This document shows, piece after piece, positions 54,148 through 64,000 of a DNA stretch of 64,000 bases (positions are counted from its first letter, which is position 1; each line of letters starts with the position of its first letter). This stretch comes from Balanoglossus misakiensis (lineage: Eukaryota > Animalia > Hemichordata). The stretch covers positions 732,590-796,589 of the forward strand of contig CM082589.2 in assembly GCA_040954595.2 (NCBI GenBank), given 5' to 3'. The position numbers and the translations under genes were made by a program. The notes under the pieces are model-generated. The model ran no database searches and was not told the origin of the DNA. It was given only the letters and a program-made list of their open reading frames with translations.

Positions 54148-54825
54148 GCGGCGACAGATTTAATGTTAACAGATTTTACATATGCTAGCCGTTTGTATTT
54201 TCTGAGTTATCATTTCAAGTCACTTTATTTTCTCACCAAGCTGGCGGTCATGTTCGTGCAAAAAAAACAACAACAACAGATAAATCATACGCGGACGTGT
54301 TAGCTCTTAAGACGTTTAGCACCTACGTGTTCTGTTGCTGTTTGTTGCCCGTCAGCAATTTAAGTGAACGCCGGCAATTTACTGAAAGGGCACAAGCATG
54401 AAAACCGGAGTGTCTACGTCATCAGAGATGACTTTCCTTTGAAATGATCGATTATTCAGAAAAGCACAAAACAGCATCGAGGTTATTGCCTGTCTGTGTT
54501 GAAAGCATCTTAACTCAAATGTGAACAGTAGTGTTAAACGTCTACTCATTTTCTATCTACAGCCTGTCACAGGTGTGCATGTGTAGTTTGGCACATTCCA
54601 AGATTCATTATCGCCAGATCATGGGATAAACATCAGACGTTGTCATGCATCGATTTTCTGATTCTCAGGTTTTCAGCTGTGATAGAATCTCAATTGTACT
54701 CATTTATTAGGGATTAAGGCCTGCTTCCATATGTTGAGTTCGTTGCTTTTTGCGGGATTAAATGTGCATTTTTGAATTTATTTCGACTGCTGTTTTATAT
54801 CTGAATCGTGGAATTATAGGCTCTG

Positions 54826-54838
54826 GACAGACAGACAA

Positions 54839-54869
<31 letters not shown>
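54826..54869 (+). repeat. (GACA)n microsatellite immediately before the satellite array
   Basis: gacagacagacaaacagacaaacagacagacagacagacagaca. Confidence 0.9.
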
Positions 54870-54908
54870 TGGTTCTAAGGGCCAAAAAATGTCTGTTACC
54901 ACCACAGT

Positions 54909-57900
54909 CGATTTTTCGACTTTGAGAATTTTCAAAATTTCTTCATTTTTTGAAAAAATCATGGGTTATAGCTCAGGAAAATCTTCAAAAATCGACGATT
55001 TTTCGACTTTGAGAATTTTCAAAATTTCTTCATTTTTTGAAAAAATCATGGGTTATAGCTCAGGAAAATCTTCAAAAATCGACGATTTTACGACTTTGAG
55101 AATTTTCAAAATTTCTTCATTTTTTGAAAAAATCATGGGTTATAGCTCAGGAAAATCTTCAAAAATCGACGATTTTTCGACTTTGAGAATTTTCAAAATT
55201 TCTTCATTTTTTGAAAAAAATCATGGGTTATAGCTCAGGAAAATCTTCAAAAATCGACGATTTTTCGACTTTGAGAATTTTCAAAATTTCTTCATTTTTT
55301 GAAAAAATCATGGGTTATAGCTCAGGAAAATCTTCAAAAATCGACGATTTTTCGACTTTGAGAATTTTCAAAATTTCTTCATTTTTTGAAAAAATCATGG
55401 GTTATAGCTCAGGAAAATCTTCAAAAATCGACGATTTTTCGACTTTGAGAATTTTCAAAATTTCTTCATTTTTTGAAAAAATCATGGGTTATAGCTCAGG
55501 AAAATCTTCAAAAATCGACGATTTTTCGACTTTGAGAATTTTCAAAATTTCTTCATTTTTTGAAAAAATCATGGGTTATAGCTCAGGAAAATCTCCAAAA
55601 ATCGACGATTTTTCGACTTTGAGAATTTTCAAAATTTCTTCATTTTTTGAAAAAATCATGGGTTATAGCTCAGGAAAATCTCCAAAAATCGACGATTTTT
55701 CGACTTTGAGAATTTTCAAAATTTCTTCATTTTTTGAAAAAATCATGGGTTATAGCTCAGGAAAATCTTCAAAAATCGACGATTTTTCGACTTTGAGAAT
55801 TTTCAAAATTTCTTCATTTTTTGAAAAAATCATGGGTTATAGCTCAGGAAAATCTTCAAAAATCGACGATTTTTCGACTTTGAGAATTTTCAAAATTTCT
55901 TCATTTTTTGAAAAAATCATGGGTTATAGCTCAGGAAAATCTTCAAAAATCGACGATTTTTCGACTTTGAGAATTTTCAAAATTTCTTCATTTTTTGAAA
56001 AAATCATGGGTTATAGCTCAGGAAAATCTTCAAAAATCGACGATTTTTCGACTTTGAGAATTTTCAAAATTTCTTCATTTTTTGAAAAAATCATGGGTTA
56101 TAGCTCAGGAAAATCTTCAAAAATCGACGATTTTTCGACTTTGAGAATTTTCAAAATTTCTTCATTTTTTGAAAAAATCATGGGTTATAGCTCAGGAAAA
56201 TCTCCAAAAATCGACGATTTTTCGACTTTGAGAATTTTCAAAATTTCTTCATTTTTTGAAAAAATCATGGGTTATAGCTCAGGAAAATCTCCAAAAATCG
56301 ACGATTTTTCGACTTTGAGAATTTTCAAAATTTCTTCATTTTTTGAAAAAATCATGGGTTATAGCTCAGGAAAATCTCCAAAAATCGACGATTTTTCGAC
56401 TTTGAGAATTTTCAAAATTTCTTCATTTTTTGAAAAAATCATGGGTTATAGCTCAGGAAAATCTCCAAAAATCGACGATTTTTCGACTTTGAGAATTTTC
56501 AAAATTTCTTCATTTTTTGAAAAAATCATGGGTTATAGCTCAGGAAAATCTTCAAAAATCGACGATTTTTCGACTTTGAGAATTTTCAAAATTTCTTCAT
56601 TTTTTGAAAAAATCATGGGTTATAGCTCAGGAAAATCTTCAAAAATCGACGATTTTTCGACTTTGAGAATTTTCAAAATTTCTTCATTTTTTGAAAAAAT
56701 CATGGGTTATAGCTCAGGAAAATCTTCAAAAATCGACGATTTTTCGACTTTGAGAATTTTCAAAATTTCTTCATTTTTTGAAAAAATCATGGGTTATAGC
56801 TCAGGAAAATCTTCAAAAATCGACGATTTTTCGACTTTGAGAATTTTCAAAATTTCTTCATTTTTTGAAAAAATCATGGGTTATAGCTCAGGAAAATCTT
56901 CAAAAATCGACGATTTTTCGACTTTGAGAATTTTCAAAATTTCTTCATTTTTTGAAAAAATCATGGGTTATAGCTCAGGAAAATCTCCAAAAATCGACGA
57001 TTTTTCGACTTTGAGAATTTTCAAAATTTCTTCATTTTTTGAAAAAATCATGGGTTATAGCTCAGGAAAATCTCCAAAAATCGACGATTTTTCGACTTTG
57101 AGAATTTTCAAAATTTCTTCATTTTTTGAAAAAATCATGGGTTATAGCTCAGGAAAATCTCCAAAAATCGACGATTTTTCGACTTTGAGAATTTTCAAAA
57201 TTTCTTCATTTTTTGAAAAAATCATGGGTTATAGCTCAGGAAAATCTCCAAAAATCGACGATTTTTCGACTTTGAGAATTTTCAAAATTTCTTCATTTTT
57301 TGAAAAAATCATGGGTTATAGCTCAGGAAAATCTCCAAAAATCGACGATTTTTCGACTTTGAGAATTTTCAAAATTTCTTCATTTTTTGAAAAAATCATG
57401 GGTTATAGCTCAGGAAAATCTTCAAAAATCGACGATTTTTCGACTTTGAGAATTTTCAAAATTTCTTCATTTTTTGAAAAAATCATGGGTTATAGCTCAG
57501 GAAAATCACCAAAAATCGACGATTTTTCGACTTTGAGAATTTTCAAAATTTCTTCATTTTTTGAAAAAATCATGGGTTATAGCTCAGGAAAATCTCCAAA
57601 AATCGACGATTTTTCGACTTTGAGAATTTTCAAAATTTCTTCATTTTTTGAAAAAATCATGGGTTATAGCTCAGGAAAATCTTCAAAAATCGACGATTTT
57701 TCGACTTTGAGAATTTTCAAAATTTCTTCATTTTTTGAAAAAATCATGGGTTATAGCTCAGGAAAATCTTCAAAAATCGACGATTTTTCGACTTTGAGAA
57801 TTTTCAAAATTTCTTCATTTTTTGAAAAAATCATGGGTTATGCTCAGGAAAATCTTCAAAAATCGACGATTTTTCGACTTTGAGAATTTTCAAAATTTCT

Positions 57901-60900
57901 TCATTTTTTGAAAAAATCATGGGTTATAGCTCAGGAAAATCTCCAAAAATCGACGATTTTTCGACTTTGAGAATTTTCAAAATTTCTTCATTTTTTGAAA
58001 AAATCATGGGTTATAGCTCAGGAAAATCTCCAAAAATCGACGATTTTTCGACTTTGAGAATTTTCAAAATTTCTTCATTTTTTGAAAAAATCATGGGTTA
58101 TAGCTCAGGAAAATCTTCAAAAATCGACGATTTTTCGACTTTGAGAATTTTCAAAATTTCTTCATTTTTTGAAAAAATCATGGGTTATAGCTCAGGAAAA
58201 TCTTCAAAAATCGACGATTTTTCGACTTTGAGAATTTTCAAAATTTCTTCATTTTTTGAAAAAATCATGGGTTATAGCTCAGGAAAATCACCAAAAATCG
58301 ACGATTTTTCGACTTTGAGAATTTTCAAAATTTCTTCATTTTTTGAAAAAATCATGGGTTATAGCTCAGGAAAATCTCCAAAAATCGACGATTTTTCGAC
58401 TTTGAGAATTTTCAAAATTTCTTCATTTTTTGAAAAAATCATGGGTTATAGCTCAGGAAAATCTCCAAAAATCGACGATTTTTCGACTTTGAGAATTTTC
58501 AAAATTTCTTCATTTTTTGAAAAAATCATGGGTTATAGCTCAGGAAAATCTTCAAAAATCGACGATTTTTCGACTTTGAGAATTTTCAAAATTTCTTCAT
58601 TTTTTGAAAAAATCATGGGTTATAGCTCAGGAAAATCTTCAAAAATCGACGATTTTTCGACTTTGAGAATTTTCAAAATTTCTTCATTTTTTGAAAAAAT
58701 CATGGGTTATAGCTCAGGAAAATCTTCAAAAATCGACGATTTTTCGACTTTGAGAATTTTCAAAATTTCTTCATTTTTTGAAAAAATCATGGGTTATGCT
58801 CAGGAAAATCTTCAAAAATCGACGATTTTTCGACTTTGAGAATTTTCAAAATTTCTTCATTTTTTGAAAAAATCATGGGTTATAGCTCAGGAAAATCTTC
58901 AAAAATCGACGATTTTTCGACTTTGAGAATTTTCAAAATTTCTTCATTTTTTGAAAAAATCATGGGTTATAGCTCAGGAAAATCTTCAAAAATCGACGAT
59001 TTTTCGACTTTGAGAATTTTCAAAATTTCTTCATTTTTTGAAAAAATCATGGGTTATAGCTCAGGAAAATCTTCAAAAATCGACGATTTTTCGACTTTGA
59101 GAATTTTCAAAATTTCTTCATTTTTTGAAAAAATCATGGGTTATAGCTCAGGAAAATCTTCAAAAATCGACGATTTTTCGACTTTGAGATTTTTCCAAAT
59201 TTCTTCATTTTTTGAAAAAATCATGGGTTATAGCTCAGGAAAATCTTCAAAAATCGACGATTTTTCGACTTTGAGATTTTTCCAAATTTCTTCATTTTTG
59301 AAAAAATCATGGGTTATAGCTCAGGAAAATCTTCAAAAATCGACGATTTTTCGACTTTGAGAATTTTCAAAATTTCTTCATTTTTTGAAAAAATCATGGG
59401 TTATAGCTCAGGAAAATCGTCAAAAATCGACGATTTTTCGACTTTGAGAATTTTCAAAATTTCTTCATTTTTTGAAAAAATCATGGGTTATAGTTCAGGA
59501 AAATCGTCAAAAATCGACGATTTTTCGACTTTGAGAATTTTCAAAATTTCTTCATTTTTTGAAAAAATCATGGGTTATAGTTCAGGAAAATCGTCAAAAA
59601 TCGACGATTTTTCGACTTTGAGAATTTTCAAAATTTCTTCATTTTTTGAAAAAATCATGGGTTATAGCTCAGGAAAATCTCCAAAAATCGACGATTTTTC
59701 GACTTTGAGAATTTTCAAAATTTCTTCATTTTTTGAAAAAATCATGGGTTATAGCTCAGGAAAATCTCCAAAAATCGACGATTTTTCGACTTTGAGAATT
59801 TTCAAAATTTCTTCATTTTTTGAAAAAATCATGGGTTATAGCTCAGGAAAATCTTCAAAAATCGACGATTTTTCGACTTTGAGAATTTTCAAAATTTCTT
59901 CATTTTTTGAAAAAATCATGGGTTATAGCTCAGGAAAATCTTCAAAAATCGACGATTTTTCGACTTTGAGAATTTTCAAAATTTCTTCATTTTTTGAAAA
60001 AATCATGGGTTATAGCTCAGGAAAATCTTCAAAAATCGACGATTTTTCGACTTTGAGAATTTTCAAAATTTCTTCATTTTTTGAAAAAATCATGGGTTAT
60101 AGCTCAGGAATATCTTCAAAAATCGACGATTTTTCGACTTTGAGAATTTTCAAAATTTCTTCATTTTTTGAAAAAATCATGGGTTATAGCTCAGGAAAAT
60201 CTCCAAAAATCGACGATTTTTCGACTTTGAGAATTTTCAAAATTTCTTCATTTTTTGAAAAAATCATGGGTTATAGCTCAGGAAAATCTTCAAAAATCGA
60301 CGATTTTTCGACTTTGAGAATTTTCAAAATTTCTTCATTTTTTGAAAAAATCATGGGTTATAGCTCAGGAAAATCTTCAAAAATCGACGATTTTTCGACT
60401 TTGAGAATTTTCAAAATTTCTTCATTTTTTGAAAAAATCATGGGTTATAGCTCAGGAAAATCTTCAAAAATCGACGATTTTTCGACTTTGAGAATTTTCA
60501 AAATTTCTTCATTTTTTGAAAAAATCATGGGTTATAGCTCAGGAAAATCTTCAAAAATCGACGATTTTTCGACTTTGAGAATTTTCAAAATTTCTTCATT
60601 TTTTGAAAAAATCATGGGTTATAGCTCAGGAAAATCTTCAAAAATCGACGATTTTTCGACTTTGAGAATTTTCAAAATTTCTTCATTTTTTGAAAAAATC
60701 ATGGGTTATAGCTCAGGAAAATCTCCAAAAATCGACGATTTTTCGACTTTGAGAATTTTCAAAATTTCTTCATTTTTTGAAAAAATCATGGGTTATAGCT
60801 CAGGAAAATCTCCAAAAATCGACGATTTTTCGACTTTGAGAATTTTCAAAATTTCTTCATTTTTTGAAAAAATCATGGGTTATAGCTCAGGAAAATCTTC

Positions 60901-63900
60901 AAAAATCGACGATTTTTCGACTTTGAGAATTTTCAAAATTTCTTCATTTTTTGAAAAAATCATGGGTTATAGCTCAGGAAAATCTTCAAAAATCGACGAT
61001 TTTTCGACTTTGAGAATTTTCAAAATTTCTTCATTTTTTGAAAAAATCATGGGTTATAGCTCAGGAAAATCTTCAAAAATCGACGATTTTTCGACTTTGA
61101 GAATTTTCAAAATTTCTTCATTTTTTGAAAAAATCATGGGTTATAGCTCAGGAAAATCTTCAAAAATCGACGATTTTTCGACTTTGAGAATTTTCAAAAT
61201 TTCTTCATTTTTTGAAAAAATCATGGGTTATAGCTCAGGAAAATCGTCAAAAATCGACGATTTTTCGACTTTGAGAATTTTCAAAATTTCTTCATTTTTT
61301 GAAAAAATCATGGGTTATAGCTCAGGAAAATCGTCAAAAATCGACGATTTTTCGACTTTGAGAATTTTCAAAATTTCTTCATTTTTTGAAAAAATCATGG
61401 GTTATAGCTCAGGAAAATCTCCAAAAATCGACGATTTTTCGACTTTGAGAATTTTCAAAATTTCTTCATTTTTTGAAAAAATCATGGGTTATAGCTCAGG
61501 AAAATCGTCAAAAATCGACGATTTTTCGACTTTGAGAATTTTCAAAATTTCTTCATTTTTTGAAAAAATCATGGGTTATAGCTCAGGAAAATCTTCAAAA
61601 ATCGACGATTTTTCGACTTTGAGAATTTTCAAAATTTCTTCATTTTTTGAAAAAATCATGGGTTATAGCTCAGGAAAATCTTCAAAAATCGACGATTTTT
61701 CGACTTTGAGAATTTTCAAAATTTCTTCATTTTTTGAAAAAATCATGGGTTATAGCTCAGGAAAATCTCCAAAAATCGACGATTTTTCGACTTTGAGAAT
61801 TTTCAAAATTTCTTCATTTTTTGAAAAAATCATGGGTTATAGCTCAGGAAAATCTCCAAAAATCGACGATTTTTCGACTTTGAGAATTTTCAAAATTTCT
61901 TCATTTTTTGAAAAAATCATGGGTTATAGCTCAGGAAAATCTTCAAAAATCGACGATTTTTCGACTTTGAGAATTTTCAAAATTTCTTCATTTTTTGAAA
62001 AAATCATGGGTTATAGCTCAGGAAAATCTTCAAAAATCGACGATTTTTCGACTTTGAGAATTTTCAAAATTTCTTCATTTTTTGAAAAAATCATGGGTTA
62101 TAGCTCAGGAAAATCTTCAAAAATCGACGATTTTTCGACTTTGAGAATTTTCAAAATTTCTTCATTTTTTGAAAAAATCATGGGTTATAGCTCAGGAAAA
62201 TCTTCAAAAATCGACGATTTTTCGACTTTGAGAATTTTCCAAATTTCTTCATTTTTTGAAAAAATCATGGGTTATAGCTCAGGAAAATCTTCAAAAATCG
62301 ACGATTTTTCGACTTTGAGAATTTTCCAAATTTCTTCATTTTTTGAAAAAATCATGGGTTATAGCTCAGGAAAATCTTCAAAAATCGACGATTTTTCGAC
62401 TTTGAGAATTTTCCAAATTTCTTCATTTTTTGAAAAAATCATGGGTTATAGCTCAGGAAAATCTTCAAAAATCGACGATTTTTCGACTTTGAGAATTTTC
62501 CAAATTTCTTCATTTTTTGAAAAAATCATGGGTTATAGCTCAGGAAAATCTTCAAAAATCGACGATTTTTCGACTTTGAGAATTTTCAAAATTTCTTCAT
62601 TTTTTGAAAAAATCATGGGTTATAGCTCAGGAAAATCTTCAAAAATCGACGATTTTTCGACTTTGAGAATTTTCAAAATTTCTTCATTTTTTGAAAAAAT
62701 CATGGGTTATAGCTCAGGAAAATCTTCAAAAATCGACGATTTTTCGACTTTGAGAATTTTCAAAATTTCTTCATTTTTTGAAAAAATCATGGGTTATAGC
62801 TCAGGAAAATCTTCAAAAATCGACGATTTTTCGACTTTGAGAATTTTCAAAATTTCTTCATTTTTTGAAAAAATCATGGGTTATAGCTCAGGAAAATCTT
62901 CAAAAATCGACGATTTTTCGACTTTGAGAATTTTCAAAATTTCTTCATTTTTTGAAAAAATCATGGGTTATAGCTCAGGAAAATCTCCAAAAATCGACGA
63001 TTTTTCGACTTTGAGAATTTTCAAAATTTCTTCATTTTTTGAAAAAATCATGGGTTATAGCTCAGGAAAATCTTCAAAAATCGACGATTTTTCGACTTTG
63101 AGAATTTTCAAAATTTCTTCATTTTTTGAAAAAATCATGGGTTATAGCTCAGGAAAATCTTCCAAAAATCGACGATTTTTCGACTTTGAGAATTTTCAAA
63201 ATTTCTTCATTTTTTGAAAAAATCATGGGTTATAGCTCAGGAAAATCGTCAAAAATCGACGATTTTTCGACTTTGAGAATTTTCAAAATTTCTTCATTTT
63301 TTGAAAAAATCATGGGTTATAGCTCAGGAAAATCTTCAAAAATCGACGATTTTTCGACTTTGAGAATTTTCAAAATTTCTTCATTTTTTGAAAAAATCAT
63401 GGGTTATAGCTCAGGAAAATCTTCAAAAATCGACGATTTTTCGACTTTGAGAATTTTCAAAATTTCTTCATTTTTTGAAAAAATCATGGGTTATAGCTCA
63501 GGAAAATCTTCAAAAATCGACGATTTTTCGACTTTGAGAATTTTCAAAATTTCTTCATTTTTTGAAAAAATCATGGGTTATAGCTCAGGAAAATCTTCAA
63601 AAATCGACGATTTTTCGACTTTGAGAATTTTCAAAATTTCTTCATTTTTTGAAAAAATCATGGGTTATAGCTCAGGAAAATCTTCAAAAATCGACGATTT
63701 TTCGACTTTGAGAATTTTCAAAATTTCTTCATTTTTTGAAAAAATCATGGGTTATAGCTCAGGAAAATCTTCAAAAATCGACGATTTTTCGACTTTGAGA
63801 ATTTTCAAAATTTCTTCATTTTTTGAAAAAATCATGGGTTATAGCTCAGGAAAATCTCCAAAAATCGACGATTTTTCGACTTTGAGAATTTTCAAAATTT

Positions 63901-64000
63901 CTTCATTTTTTGAAAAAATCATGGGTTATAGCTCAGGAAAATCTCCAAAAATCGACGATTTTTCGACTTTGAGAATTTTCAAAATTTCTTCATTTTTTGA
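54909..64000. repeat. 87-bp tandem satellite array, ~104 copies in window, continuing past the window end
   Basis: Monomer atgggttatagctcaggaaaatcttcaaaaatcgacgatttttcgactttgagaattttcaaaatttcttcattttttgaaaaaatc. Copies are near-identical, with a few recurrent variants (tctTca/tctCca/tcACca/tcGTca) and rare 1-nt indels. Confidence 0.98.

Noticed and set aside
54061-54303. Poly-Val/poly-Met ORF
   Set aside because: Translation of an intronic (GGT)n(GAT)n microsatellite.
54562-54717. Possible terminal exon of the RIM-like gene after acceptor ctatctacag
   Set aside because: In frame to a TAA, but the peptide has no C2B or other RIM similarity; not supportable without cDNA.
55211-63217. Giant ORFs (890, 319, 174, 1302 aa) as real repeat proteins
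   Set aside because: They are translations of a near-identical 87-bp DNA repeat, broken by frameshifting indels, with almost no synonymous divergence between units.
54909-64000. CRISPR array
   Set aside because: Units are head-to-tail with no unique spacers, there are no cas genes, and the context is eukaryotic.

Overview
Eukaryotic (metazoan) genomic DNA with GT-AG introns. The gene and repeat style suggests a marine invertebrate, possibly a deuterostome; this is inference only. Three spliced genes can be rebuilt by hand with consistent intron phases. (1) 1822-3589 (+): a 229-aa protein with an MPPKK/Lys-Ala-rich tail fused to a stand-alone IQANK1-C-terminal-like domain, under RFX X-boxes. 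(2) 11443-4645 (-): a TINAG/TINAGL1-like inactive cathepsin-B-family protein whose signal-peptide/somatomedin-B exon is tandemly duplicated, the copy being usable as an in-frame cassette exon; a candidate signal-anchor exon lies upstream. (3) ~38994->53925 (+): a divergent RIM-family active-zone scaffold (Rab-binding helix, Zn finger, PDZ, C2A), incomplete in this window. After its last visible exon comes a >9-kb, very homogeneous 87-bp tandem array (54909 to window end) preceded by a (GACA)n tract; the giant ORFs there are artefacts of the repeat. The 14-38 kb interval has no recognisable protein gene but holds several promoter-like motif clusters with splice donors. Also present: a 574-bp MITE, a minisatellite and microsatellites. 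No rRNA, tRNA or CRISPR array was seen.
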